In this document: positions 30,147 through 40,219 of the stretch, piece by piece | Layout of the letters: the number at the start of each line of letters is the position of its first letter | How positions within the stretch are numbered: position 1 is the first letter of the stretch | NCBI GenBank assembly: GCA_900754115.1 | Contig: CAAEBM010000055.1 | Span: forward strand, 769 to 64,768 | Origin: Bacilli bacterium | GTDB taxonomy: Bacteria; Bacillota_I; Bacilli_A; RFN20; CAG-631 | Direction of reading: 5' to 3' | DNA length: 64,000 nucleotides | The notes under the pieces: model-generated | Database searches by the model: none | What the model was told of the DNA's origin: nothing | The model's input: only the letters and a program-made list of their open reading frames with translations | Made by a program: the position numbers and the translations under genes

Positions 30147-30715
30147 ATACTTCAACGAAATTTTTATGTGTAGGAATCACAAAAGATGAAACCATTCTTT
30201 ATGAATATGAACAAGTGGCTGAAAAAAAACAATCAGAGTTAGCCATACCAGTTTTAAAAAAAGCATTAAACCATTGTAAACTTCAATTAAAAGATATTCA
30301 AGAAGTTTGTGTAACGATTGGACCAGGCTCTTTTACTGGTATTCGAATTGGTATGTGTATTGCTAAAACATTAGCTTATGCGAATCAAATTCCATTAAAA
30401 GCCATTTCTAGCTTAAATGCATATGCAACTGCTGATGCTAGTGTTGTCTTATTAGATGCAAAAGCACAACGGTGTTATCTTGGTGTATATCAACAACACA
30501 AACCATTAATTCAAGAATGTGTCGTTTCTATTGAAAAAGCAAAAGAACTATTACAACCCTATTTGAATTTTGAATATATATTAGATGCTCATTTAATGGG
30601 AAAATTGGAAAATAAACCACATCATATCATTCAACAAATGATTGATCTTGCTAAGGATACACCTTATGTAAAAGATGTTCACTCGTTGACTCCTCTTTAT
30701 TTAAAGGATGAATAA
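30128..30715 (+). CDS. tsaB: tRNA t6A37 biosynthesis protein TsaB.
   Basis: TIGPGSFTGIRIG motif of the inactive Kae1/YeaZ paralog. Confidence 0.85.
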   Translation: MYKLYLDTSTKFLCVGITKDETILYEYEQVAEKKQSELAIPVLKKALNHCKLQLKDIQEVCVTIGPGSFTGIRIGMCIAKTLAYANQIPLKAISSLNAYATADASVVLLDAKAQRCYLGVYQQHKPLIQECVVSIEKAKELLQPYLNFEYILDAHLMGKLENKPHHIIQQMIDLAKDTPYVKDVHSLTPLYLKDE

Positions 30716-31157
30716 AATGACCATCGAGCCTCTTTTAAAAAAAGATCTTCCCCTTATTTTATCTATGGAACAAGACTTATATGTAAAGCCATGGACAAAA
30801 GAAGATTTTTTATATGAATTAGAACAAAATCCCTTTGCTTATTATTTTAAAGTAGTGGAAAATAAGCAAATTATTGGCTACTTTGGTTTTTGGATTACTT
30901 TTGATATTGCACAAATTACAAAAGTATCCATTGCTAAAGATTTTCAAGGAAGAAAATTATCGTATCTTCTTTTACAAGGTTTAGAAAAAAGGATACGCCT
31001 TGCCCAATGTGTAAATCTTTCTTTAGAAGTTCGTGTAAGCAATCAAATTGCGATTCATGTTTATGAAAAATGTGGTTTTAAAATAGAAAGTATTCGTAAG
31101 AATTATTACGATAATCATGAAGACGCTTATTTAATGATAAAGGAGTTGGAAAAATGA
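30708..31157 (+). CDS. rimI: Ribosomal-protein-alanine N-acetyltransferase.
   Basis: GNAT fold. Embedded in the tsaEBD operon, the usual position of rimI. Confidence 0.8.
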   Translation: MNKMTIEPLLKKDLPLILSMEQDLYVKPWTKEDFLYELEQNPFAYYFKVVENKQIIGYFGFWITFDIAQITKVSIAKDFQGRKLSYLLLQGLEKRIRLAQCVNLSLEVRVSNQIAIHVYEKCGFKIESIRKNYYDNHEDAYLMIKELEK

Positions 31158-32161
31158 TTATTTTAGCGATAGAAACGAGTTGTGATGATACAAGTGTAGC
31201 TGTTTTAAAAGACCAAGAATTATTGTCTAATGTCGTTTCTTCACAAGTCGCTTTTCATAATAAATATGGTGGTGTAATGCCTGAACTTGCCTCTCGATTA
31301 CACGTTGAAAAGATTACTTATGTTTTACAAGAAGCGATAGAAAAAGCGGCAATATCTTTAAAAGATGTAGACTATATTGCTTTTACTCAAGGTCCTGGTT
31401 TAATTGGGTCATTGCATGTAGGAATGCAAGCAGCAAAGACTTTATCTTTGCTTCTTAATAAACCCTTAATACCGATTCATCATTTGGCCGGACATATTTA
31501 TGCAAATCGTTTTGTACAAGATTTTACCTTTCCTTTATTAGCATTGGTGATTTCAGGTGGACATACAGAATTTGTTTATATGGAAAAAGAATGTTCTTTC
31601 CGTGTTGTGGGTTCTACATTAGATGATGCAGTGGGGGAAGCATACGATAAGGTTTCGCGTTTATTAAATCTTGGTTATCCTGGAGGCCCAATTATTGATA
31701 AGTTAGCACAAGAAGGGCAAGCAATTTACCCTTTGCCTTTACCTAAAAATGATCAAACGTTAGATTTTTCTTATAGTGGATTAAAATCAGCAGTCATCAA
31801 TTTAATTCATCGTTTAGAAAGTAAACATATTGACTACAAAAAAGAAGATATTGCGGCTTCTTTTCAAAAAGTTGCCGTGGATATCTTATTGACTAAGACC
31901 AAAAAAGCATTAAAAAAATATCCAGTTCAAACATTTGTATTGGCTGGTGGAGTAGCTGCAAATCATGAATTGCGGCAAAAGATGCAACAAATGATGGAAC
32001 AATCTTTTCCTCATATCGCTTGTATTTTTCCTAAATTAAGTCTTTGTGGAGATAATGCAGCGATGATAGGTATGTGTGCATACTATAAAATAAAAGATAA
32101 AAGTCCAGAAGCTTCCTTAGATATTAGTGCAATTGCGTCGTATTCGATAGAAAATTTTTAA
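31154..32161 (+). CDS. tsaD: tRNA N6-adenosine threonylcarbamoyltransferase.
   Basis: Kae1/TsaD motifs (ILAIETSCDDT, IHHLAGHIYA). 335 aa. Confidence 0.95.
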   Translation: MIILAIETSCDDTSVAVLKDQELLSNVVSSQVAFHNKYGGVMPELASRLHVEKITYVLQEAIEKAAISLKDVDYIAFTQGPGLIGSLHVGMQAAKTLSLLLNKPLIPIHHLAGHIYANRFVQDFTFPLLALVISGGHTEFVYMEKECSFRVVGSTLDDAVGEAYDKVSRLLNLGYPGGPIIDKLAQEGQAIYPLPLPKNDQTLDFSYSGLKSAVINLIHRLESKHIDYKKEDIAASFQKVAVDILLTKTKKALKKYPVQTFVLAGGVAANHELRQKMQQMMEQSFPHIACIFPKLSLCGDNAAMIGMCAYYKIKDKSPEASLDISAIASYSIENF

Positions 32162-32240
32162 AAAATTTTGAATTCTATTATAAAATGACAAAATTCGTTT
32201 TTTGAAATGGGTATACTTTGCATGGTTAGAGGTGATACGC

Positions 32241-34457
32241 ATGAAAAAAACGATTTTTTTGTGTTTATTTTGTCTTCTTTTTCCTTTTTTGATACAAAAA
32301 GAAACAAAAAGTGTACAAGCAGAAACAATCTCATTGCGAAATTTTAGTATTTCATCTGGAAAAAATCATAGTTTATTAAAAACCGATACAGGAGAAATTT
32401 TTGCTTGGGGAACATGGGGAGATATCAGTTTAGAAAGTGATTTAGAGACTTTTTCTAAAATATATCCATCAGAAATTACGAATTTGATTTCTTTGCAAGG
32501 GAATGATACGATAAAAGAAGTAAGCAGTGGAGATCAACATAGTTTTATTTTAACCGAATTTGGGCAAGTATATAGTTTTGGTTTTGATGGTCAAGGACAA
32601 TTAGGAGATGGTGGAGAGGTTTATTTTGTTGGAGATTTAAATTATGCCTCTCAATTAAAAAAAGAAGCGAGTAATATCACCTCTTTATTTGAATTACAAC
32701 CAGGAGATAAAATTGTTCAAATTGATGGAGGCTCTAATTTTAGTGTAGCATTATCTCAAATGGGAGATGTTTTTACCTTTGGAGAAAATAACAATGGTCA
32801 ATTAGGAATTGACAACTCAGAAAATTTATACCAAACTTCACCGATTAAAATCACCTCTTATTTTGACTTGCAACAAGATGATCAAATCACAAAAATTGCA
32901 GTTGGTTCTTCTCATGCTTTAGCATTGACACAACTCGGAAATGTTTATGTATGGGGAAATAATAATTTTGGCCAATTGGGAAATGATAAAAGAGGAGTCA
33001 ATGCTTATAAACCAGAAAAATTAGAATTATATGGAGAAAAAGCAATTCAAATTGCTTGTGGCAGTTTTCATAGTTATGTGTTAACAAATTTGAATTTTTT
33101 ATATGGTTTTGGCTATAATGGCTATGGTCAATTAGCAGATAAAGCAGTCATTGTGCACACCGGTAATGATAAAAGTATTCCTTATGAAATGTCAAAAAAC
33201 TTTAATTTAGAAGTCAATGAAAAAATTGTAGATATTTATAGCGGGTTCTTTTATGGAATGGCGATTACATCCAATCAAAATATTTTTAGTTTTGGTCAAA
33301 ATAGTAGTGGTCAATTAGGAACAAGAACAAATATTTCTATTTCTACTCCTCAGAAAATAACACAAAATATTCCTTTTTCTACAGAAGATCAAGTGTTACA
33401 TTTAGCATTAGGAGAAAAACACACCTTAATGGTTTCTACTCGAGGAGAAGTTTATTCTTGGGGAGATAATAGTTCAGGACAATTAGGAGAAGATTATTCT
33501 ATTTCATTAGTTTTAACTCCAAACGATATAACAGAAAACTTTCCACCCATCATTTCTTTTTCTACATTAGGAAGTTCCATTTATCAACAAGAATATGAAG
33601 TTTATGTAAAAATTCAATATATCAATCATCTAGAAATCGAAGAATTCAGTTATGCTTGGTCCCATTCCAATCAAGAAAAACCTATTGATACTTGGCAACA
33701 AGGAGAATCAAAAGAACCGATTCATTTAAAAGATGGAGATGGAACATACTATTTATGGATTCAAGTTGTAAATTTACATGAAGTCTCTTTTTATAAGGTT
33801 TCATCGGCTTTTTATGCAGATAGTATCCAACCTACCCTTCAAGTTCATAAAATTGATAATACAGCGGTTCACAATAATGAAATTGTCGATAGTTCCGTTT
33901 ATGTTAAAGCATCAGATAATAATGAAGGAGTGAAAATTGCTTATCGAATTGATTTTAAAGGAGATTTTATTGAAATTGAAGAAAAGGAACACGTTTTTAA
34001 TGAAGATGGAACCTATGAAGTAAAAGCCATTGATGTGGCAAATAATACATCAGATATCTTTTTGTTTCGTATTGATACCAAAAAGCCTTATATCATTTCT
34101 ATGAATAAGGATTTAATTCAAAATAACACCTATTCAACACGTAATAAAAAATTGACAATTCAATCTAGTGAATTAGTCATTGGTTATTTTTTAAATGACC
34201 AAGATTATATTACTGCTTTAAATGATGAAAGTGATGAATTTACAATACAATTAAAAAAAGGAAAGACCACAATACGACTTGTGGACATTTCTGGAAAAAT
34301 TTCTGAGACCTATGAAATTACTTATAAACCTTATTTTTTAGAAGATACGGAATTATTGTTATGGATTTTTGGAACGACTGCTTCAACTATTATTTTAATT
34401 GTTGTCATTGTTTATACTATTCGTTCTAAAAAACAAGTTAAAAATGGATTAAAGTAA
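32241..34457 (+). CDS. RCC1-repeat (beta-propeller) surface protein with an N-terminal signal peptide, an Ig-like middle region and a C-terminal TM anchor.
   Basis: Repeated GQLG/GQLGxG RCC1 blade signatures occur at least 7 times. Signal peptide MKKTIFLCLFCLLFPFL. C-terminal hydrophobic helix followed by RSKKQVK. Start moved to the ATG at 32241 (gaggtga RBS). The track start is TTG. Confidence 0.8.
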   Translation: MKKTIFLCLFCLLFPFLIQKETKSVQAETISLRNFSISSGKNHSLLKTDTGEIFAWGTWGDISLESDLETFSKIYPSEITNLISLQGNDTIKEVSSGDQHSFILTEFGQVYSFGFDGQGQLGDGGEVYFVGDLNYASQLKKEASNITSLFELQPGDKIVQIDGGSNFSVALSQMGDVFTFGENNNGQLGIDNSENLYQTSPIKITSYFDLQQDDQITKIAVGSSHALALTQLGNVYVWGNNNFGQLGNDKRGVNAYKPEKLELYGEKAIQIACGSFHSYVLTNLNFLYGFGYNGYGQLADKAVIVHTGNDKSIPYEMSKNFNLEVNEKIVDIYSGFFYGMAITSNQNIFSFGQNSSGQLGTRTNISISTPQKITQNIPFSTEDQVLHLALGEKHTLMVSTRGEVYSWGDNSSGQLGEDYSISLVLTPNDITENFPPIISFSTLGSSIYQQEYEVYVKIQYINHLEIEEFSYAWSHSNQEKPIDTWQQGESKEPIHLKDGDGTYYLWIQVVNLHEVSFYKVSSAFYADSIQPTLQVHKIDNTAVHNNEIVDSSVYVKASDNNEGVKIAYRIDFKGDFIEIEEKEHVFNEDGTYEVKAIDVANNTSDIFLFRIDTKKPYIISMNKDLIQNNTYSTRNKKLTIQSSELVIGYFLNDQDYITALNDESDEFTIQLKKGKTTIRLVDISGKISETYEITYKPYFLEDTELLLWIFGTTASTIILIVVIVYTIRSKKQVKNGLK

Positions 34458-34482
34458 AAGTGATCATCGTATCACTTTTTAT
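34457..34482 (+). terminator. Intrinsic terminator after the RCC1-repeat gene.
   Basis: AAAGTGAT-CATCGT-ATCACTTT hairpin followed by a T-rich tract. Confidence 0.55.
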
Positions 34483-34539
34483 ATTCAAAAAGGAGAAAAT
34501 ATAGTATAATGAAGGCGGCTTTAACAAAGGGGGGGGAAA

Positions 34540-37056
34540 ATGAAAGAAAAAGCAAAAACTGCAAGTGTTTTAATGCTTGTATTGATTTTGACGCTTTTTT
34601 TTGTTTTCTTACCATTTTTAATCAATGGCAAATACTTGGCTTGGATAGGAATCTTAAAAGAAAAAGATGGCATTACACAACATGCGACGTTTTTACAATA
34701 TTTAGTGAAAACGAATTGGAATTTTATCAATCATTTTGATTTTAATATTGGACTAGGTGCAGATTATTTTACCACTTTTATTTATTATATGATTGCAGAT
34801 CCTTTCAATTTGTTGCTTATTCTTTTTCCTTTTTCTAATTTTTTAATAACTTATAGTTTACTCATTATTTTTAAATTTTTAGCTTGTGGAATTTTTATGT
34901 ATGTCTATTTAAGACATAAAAAGATAACACCACGCATTGCCATTCCTATTAGTGCCTTATATATGATAGGTGGCTTTTTGCTATTTACTTTTCCACGTCA
35001 TCCAGATTTAAGTAATGGTGCTATTTATTTACCACTCATCATTTTAGGTGTGGAACTAATTTTTGATAATAAAAAACCATATTTACTTTTATTTAGCACC
35101 TTTTTTTGTTTCATATCTAATTTTTATATTTTTTATATGGTTTCTGTTTTTGTTGTCTTATATACGATTTTATATTACTTTGAAATTCGAAAAGAACGTT
35201 CTTTTAAAGATTTTATCTTTTCAGTTGGAAAAGTGGCTTTTTGGTATTTGATAGGAATTTTATTAGCTTCTTTGCTGACATTTCCACTCTTATCTGCTTT
35301 TATCCATAGCGCTAGAAGCGAATCAAAAGGACTAAAAGGATATTCTATTATTTATTATTTAAGCTTAATTGGAAAATTGTTTGTTCCTTCAACCATCTCT
35401 ATCAGTTACTATACTCCTTTATCGTTTCATTTTATTATGTTGTTGTGTCTTATCCCTTTGTTTTTCTTTCAATCCAATAAAACTTATAAAATATGCATTC
35501 TTGTTCTTTTTATCGGATTATTTGTCCCACTATTTGGATGGCTGATGAATGGATTTAATTATGTAAATAATCGTTGGCTCTTTTTGTTTGATTTTGTTGT
35601 TTGTGTTTGTTTGGCACTTTCTTTTAAACAACTCAAAGAAAATACATCTTCTAATCCTAACCATTCTTCTTTTAAAGAAAAAGTAATTCATTTAGGAAGA
35701 CAATCTTTTGTCATGCCTTTATTATTTGTTGTCACTCTTTTATTTAATCAAGTTACCATGTGGAATTATCAAAAAGAATTTGATGATGGCACAGTATGGG
35801 CACAACAAGAAACCATTGAAGAACAATACATTGCTAATTTACAAGAAAATAGCACAACTTTTTTTAGAACTGATAAGGGACATGAGGCAATTTTTACTGA
35901 TAATTATTCCAATACACCGATTAAAAATCAATATCAAGGAACATATATGTATAATACGATTACGAATCAAGAAATTTATGATTTTTTGAAAAGTTTAGGA
36001 ATGTATAATGCAACTCATACTTTAGGAATGAGTGGTCTCAATCAAAGAAAAGCAATTCAATCTTTACTTTCGGTTTTGTATTATATTCCAAAAAAGGAAT
36101 CCGTGCATCTTTATGGCTATCATCAGACCTCTTGTGAAAATGTGTATCAAAATGAACATTATTTGCCATTAGGATTTCTTTATTTGCAAAAAATGAGCGC
36201 AAAAGAATATTATGAATTGCCAATTGTAGAACGACAAGCTGCTTTAATGCGTTATTTAATAGATTTTTCTTATGAAGAAAGAATATCTTATCAAACTCAA
36301 ACAGAACCAGTTTCATTTACTACTTTAATAGATAAAGGAATTGAGTATAATCAAGACCAATCTTTAATAATTGTTAATGAAAAAAATGCTCAAATGCATT
36401 TCAATCTTTCTTCCTTAACAAATCAAGAATTATATATGAATTTTGAATTTGTTACAAATAAAGAAAAAAAACAAGAGATAATAATTGAATCGGATACCAT
36501 GCAATATCATCAAAAAGTTTTTAAAAAGGGAGAACAAATGTATTTTGATCAAAAAGAATTCTCTTATTGCCTTGGTTATTATGATACTACTAAACCTATT
36601 CAAGTCACTGTGACCTTTTTAAATCCAGGAACTTATAGTTTAAAGAATTTATCTTTTTATACGTATTCTATGGAAGATTTTATTGCTGACTATCAACAAT
36701 TAAAAGAAAACAGCATGGAAATAACAAAGCAATCAAAAAATACAATCAAAGGGAAAATAAAGGTTTTACAAGACCAAGCAAGTTTGTTTTTTTCCATTCC
36801 TTATAATAAGGGTTGGAAAATTAAAGTAGATGGAAAAGAAAAACCATTATATCAAGCACAAATTGGTTTTATGGCTGTCGATTTAGATGCAGGTGAACAT
36901 GAGATTGAACTTTTTTATCAAACACCTTATTTAAAACAAGGAGCGATTGTCAGTGGTTGTGTGGCTTTCTTCATTTGTGGCTATGTTTTATATGATCAAG
37001 TATTTAAAAAAGTTGCAAAAAATAGAAAAAATAAATATAATAAAATAAACCAATGA
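34540..37056 (+). CDS. YfhO-family polytopic membrane glycosyltransferase (glycosylation of lipoteichoic or wall teichoic acid).
   Basis: 838 aa with about 14 TM segments in the N-terminal two-thirds plus a large extracytoplasmic C-terminal domain. The N-terminal pattern (DGITQHATFLQY...FNIGLGADYF) matches YfhO proteins. Confidence 0.8.
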   Translation: MKEKAKTASVLMLVLILTLFFVFLPFLINGKYLAWIGILKEKDGITQHATFLQYLVKTNWNFINHFDFNIGLGADYFTTFIYYMIADPFNLLLILFPFSNFLITYSLLIIFKFLACGIFMYVYLRHKKITPRIAIPISALYMIGGFLLFTFPRHPDLSNGAIYLPLIILGVELIFDNKKPYLLLFSTFFCFISNFYIFYMVSVFVVLYTILYYFEIRKERSFKDFIFSVGKVAFWYLIGILLASLLTFPLLSAFIHSARSESKGLKGYSIIYYLSLIGKLFVPSTISISYYTPLSFHFIMLLCLIPLFFFQSNKTYKICILVLFIGLFVPLFGWLMNGFNYVNNRWLFLFDFVVCVCLALSFKQLKENTSSNPNHSSFKEKVIHLGRQSFVMPLLFVVTLLFNQVTMWNYQKEFDDGTVWAQQETIEEQYIANLQENSTTFFRTDKGHEAIFTDNYSNTPIKNQYQGTYMYNTITNQEIYDFLKSLGMYNATHTLGMSGLNQRKAIQSLLSVLYYIPKKESVHLYGYHQTSCENVYQNEHYLPLGFLYLQKMSAKEYYELPIVERQAALMRYLIDFSYEERISYQTQTEPVSFTTLIDKGIEYNQDQSLIIVNEKNAQMHFNLSSLTNQELYMNFEFVTNKEKKQEIIIESDTMQYHQKVFKKGEQMYFDQKEFSYCLGYYDTTKPIQVTVTFLNPGTYSLKNLSFYTYSMEDFIADYQQLKENSMEITKQSKNTIKGKIKVLQDQASLFFSIPYNKGWKIKVDGKEKPLYQAQIGFMAVDLDAGEHEIELFYQTPYLKQGAIVSGCVAFFICGYVLYDQVFKKVAKNRKNKYNKINQ

Positions 37057-37079
37057 CAAAGCATAGAAACTAAAATGAA

Positions 37080-37260
37080 TGGTCAAAGAGAGTTAGTGGT
37101 TGGTGCAAACTAATCCATCGTTTAGTGGAAATTGGGGCTTTAGAGGGATTTTCCGGGTTCTCCCGTTATCGAGAAAAGAGTGGTCATATCAATGATATGA
37201 CAAAAAAGGTGGCACCACAGGTTTACGCTTGTCCTTTTATAAAGGATAGGCGTTTTTTTA
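37080..37260 (+). promoter_or_regulatory. T-box leader (tRNA-Trp-responsive) with a terminator, upstream of trpS.
   Basis: T-box sequence AAAAAGGTGGCACCACAGG at 37203-37221. Terminator ACGCTTGTCC-TTTTATAAA-GGATAGGCGT plus T7 at 37225-37259. UGGA specifier candidate in the upstream stem region (GTGGAAA). Confidence 0.6.
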
Positions 37261-37278
37261 TTAAAGGAGGGTTTTTAT

Positions 37279-38271
37279 ATGAAAAAAAGAATGGTCAGTG
37301 GAATTAAGCCGACAGGAGCATTGACTTTAGGAAATTATATTGGAGCGATAAAGCAATTTATACAATATCAAGATGAATATGAATTGTATGTTTTTTTAGC
37401 GGATTTACACGCTTTAACTTTACCTATGGATATTTCTTGTGATGAATTAAGACAAAATAGTGAAGATATTTTAGCCATTTATTTAGCATGTGGATTAGAT
37501 CCTAAAAAAGTAGTCATTTTCAAACAAAGTGATGTTCATGAACATGCAGAATTAGGTTATTTAATGGCATGTCATTCTTATATGGGAGAATTGCAAAGGA
37601 TGACGCAATTTAAAGATAAGACGCAAAAGATGAAAAATGAAAATATTCCCGCAGGAATTTTCATTTATCCTACTCTTATGGCGGCTGATATTCTTTTATA
37701 TCAAGCACAATATGTCCCTGTAGGGGTAGACCAAAAACAACATGTAGAATTGACTCGTAATTTAGTTTTACGAATGAATCATCTTTATAAAAAAGAATTG
37801 TTTGTTTTACCTGAACCAGTTTTAGCAAAACAAGGAGCAAAAATTACTTCTTTAGCCAATCCAACTAAAAAAATGTCTAAATCAGAATCAGATAAAGGAA
37901 CCATTTATTTATTAGAAGATTTAAGCATAACTCGTAAAAAGATTATGAGTGCGGTTACAGATAGTGAAAATGAAATTCGTTATGATGTAGAAAATAAGCC
38001 AGGGATATCAAACTTACTAACCATTTTATCGGTTTTAACAAACCAATCAATAGAAACATTACAACAAAAATATCAAAAAGTTGGCTATGGAACTTTTAAA
38101 AAGGAAGTTGCAGATGTCGTATGCAGTGAACTAGAAATGTTACAACAAAAAGTTCAAAAAATTAAAGAAAGTCATTTATTAGAATCAATTTTGCAACAAG
38201 GAGCAAAGAAAGCTTCTACAATAGCAAAACAAACCTTAAACGAAGTTTATCAAACTCTTGGCATTAAATAA
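37279..38271 (+). CDS. trpS: Tryptophan--tRNA ligase.
   Basis: Class I HIGH-type motif (TGALTLGNYIG) and KMSKS motif (KKMSKS). 330 aa. Confidence 0.95.
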   Translation: MKKRMVSGIKPTGALTLGNYIGAIKQFIQYQDEYELYVFLADLHALTLPMDISCDELRQNSEDILAIYLACGLDPKKVVIFKQSDVHEHAELGYLMACHSYMGELQRMTQFKDKTQKMKNENIPAGIFIYPTLMAADILLYQAQYVPVGVDQKQHVELTRNLVLRMNHLYKKELFVLPEPVLAKQGAKITSLANPTKKMSKSESDKGTIYLLEDLSITRKKIMSAVTDSENEIRYDVENKPGISNLLTILSVLTNQSIETLQQKYQKVGYGTFKKEVADVVCSELEMLQQKVQKIKESHLLESILQQGAKKASTIAKQTLNEVYQTLGIK

Positions 38272-38488
38272 TCGTTTTTTTAAAGATTTTAAACTTTGCA
38301 AAACAGGCAAGAACCATTAAAGTGATACCAATTGGGATAAAATAGGTTTCTAGTCGACATAAAACACATTGATAAAATTCATAAAAAGTGTATCCTGGTT
38401 CTAAATAAGACACAAAAAGAATCGTAAACATGCTACCAATGGTTGCCAAAATGAGACCTAAAAGAAATAATAAAATTCTATAAATCAT
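38264..38488 (-). CDS. Small hypothetical membrane protein (74 aa, two TM helices).
   Basis: Hydrophobic ORF between convergent/divergent genes. No motif. Confidence 0.3.
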   Translation of the reverse strand: MIYRILLFLLGLILATIGSMFTILFVSYLEPGYTFYEFYQCVLCRLETYFIPIGITLMVLACFAKFKIFKKTII

Positions 38489-38529
38489 TTTATCACCATT
38501 CCAATTATATGAAAAAAGGAGTGAATTTC

Positions 38530-39309
38530 ATGAAAAAGTTTGTATTTGCATTAGATTTAGATGGAACGTTAATTCAAGATGATTCATCCTTGTCTTTTAC
38601 AACAATTCAACAAATTCATGAGTGGGTTAAACAAGGAGTAAATATTATTATTACAACAGGAAGAACATGGTTAAATACCAAAAAAATTTATCAACTTTGT
38701 CGTTTATCTACTCCTGTTGTTTTATACAATGGAGCTTATGTTTATATACCAAAAGAAAATCGAGTTTTACAATCTTTTACCTTACAAAAAGAGTTTTTGC
38801 ATACTTTATTTTTAAATAAAGAATTTATGTCTATGGTGAATCGAATCACTTGTGAGTATCAAGAACAACAATTCGATTTTAATTTGATGCAAACGACCCC
38901 AGAAGAAATGATTCAATCTTTAAATATAAATCCTACTTCTTTTATTCTTGAAGTCAAAGGATTTGAAGTGCAAGAAAAAATAAAAAAAATTATTGAAGAA
39001 AACCCTCTTTATGGATATCGTTTTGGTGGCGATGATTGGGGAGAAGTGTATTTAAAAAACATTTCCAAAAGAGAAGGAATTGCAGTCGTGTTAGATTATT
39101 TTCATTTGACTCAAAAAAATTTAGTCTTTTTTGGTGATAGTGAAAATGATGTTGAAATCATTCAATATGCTAAACTTGGAATAGCGATGAAAAATGCAAG
39201 AGAAGAGATTAAGCAAGTGGCTGATAAGGTGACGTTAGAAGATAATAATCACGATGGAGTGATTAAATCAATCCAATCAATCCTTTTAAGCAAGGAGGAA
39301 AGTCTATGA
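38530..39309 (+). CDS. HAD-family (Cof-type) phosphatase.
   Basis: DLDGTL motif I and GDSENDVE motif IV. Start at 38530 after an aaaggag RBS. Confidence 0.85.
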   Translation: MKKFVFALDLDGTLIQDDSSLSFTTIQQIHEWVKQGVNIIITTGRTWLNTKKIYQLCRLSTPVVLYNGAYVYIPKENRVLQSFTLQKEFLHTLFLNKEFMSMVNRITCEYQEQQFDFNLMQTTPEEMIQSLNINPTSFILEVKGFEVQEKIKKIIEENPLYGYRFGGDDWGEVYLKNISKREGIAVVLDYFHLTQKNLVFFGDSENDVEIIQYAKLGIAMKNAREEIKQVADKVTLEDNNHDGVIKSIQSILLSKEESL

Positions 39310-40205
39310 AAACAGCTGCCGAAAAAATTATTATTACAGCACAATATCCTGTAAAAAAAGGGATGCCCTTATTTGAATTTTTATTATTAAATTGTAAAAA
39401 AATGTCCAGAAATAATATTAAACATTTACTATCCAATAAACAAATTTTAATTGATGGCTCTGCAGTTTCTCAATTTGACTTTTTATTGTCCAAAGGCGAT
39501 ATCGTTCAAATTAGTAAATATCCTGTAAAACAAGTAAAAAATAATAAGTGTTTAAAAATCCCGCCCATATTATATGAAGACGATGAATTTTTAGTGATTA
39601 ATAAACCCTCTGGCTTATTATCCATTGGAAATGAAAAAGAAATTCAAGAAACTGCTTATCGAATGATGATGGATTATGTTTGTAAAAAAAATCCAAAGAA
39701 TCGAATCTATGTTGTACATCGCATCGATAAAGATACTTCTGGCGTTTTAGTATTTGTAAAAAATGAACGGTTAAAAAATCGGTTGCAACTCCATTGGAAT
39801 GATTTAGTGAAAAAAAGACAATATATTGCGATTGTTGAAGGAAAGATGGAAAAAAAGCAAGGAGAAATTATCAGTTATTTGAAAAAATCAGCAACAAATT
39901 TGATGTATTCGACTAAAAATTCACATGCAGGGCAAAAAGCGATTACACATTATCAAGTGTTAAAAGAAAATAATGCTTATTCAATGCTTTCCATTCATAT
40001 TGATACTGGAAGAAAGAATCAAATACGAGTACATCTTTCTGAATTAGGTCATAAAATTATTGGAGATAGCAAGTATGGTCCAGTTAGCAATCCTATTTCA
40101 CGTTTAGGATTACATGCTGAAGTGTTAGAATTTGTTCATCCTTTTAATCAAAAAACATATACTTTTAAAGCAAAGGTTCCTCATTTATTTGATACCTTGT
40201 TTTAA
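39306..40205 (+). CDS. RluA-family pseudouridine synthase.
   Basis: HRIDKDTSGVLVF catalytic motif and GRKNQIRVHL. Confidence 0.85.
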   Translation: MKTAAEKIIITAQYPVKKGMPLFEFLLLNCKKMSRNNIKHLLSNKQILIDGSAVSQFDFLLSKGDIVQISKYPVKQVKNNKCLKIPPILYEDDEFLVINKPSGLLSIGNEKEIQETAYRMMMDYVCKKNPKNRIYVVHRIDKDTSGVLVFVKNERLKNRLQLHWNDLVKKRQYIAIVEGKMEKKQGEIISYLKKSATNLMYSTKNSHAGQKAITHYQVLKENNAYSMLSIHIDTGRKNQIRVHLSELGHKIIGDSKYGPVSNPISRLGLHAEVLEFVHPFNQKTYTFKAKVPHLFDTLF

Positions 40206-40219
40206 AGGAGATATGAAAA

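Noticed and set aside
34509-36316. ORFs 34509-34739, 34521-34730, 35063-35251, 35708-35989 and 36038-36316 within yfhO
   Set aside because: They are alternative-frame or antisense ORFs inside a 14-TM membrane protein gene. The first two are products of the G8-tract region.
37125-37307. 60-aa ORF spanning the region between yfhO and trpS
   Set aside because: The region is better explained as the T-box leader RNA with its terminator. The ORF runs through the T-box and terminator structure.
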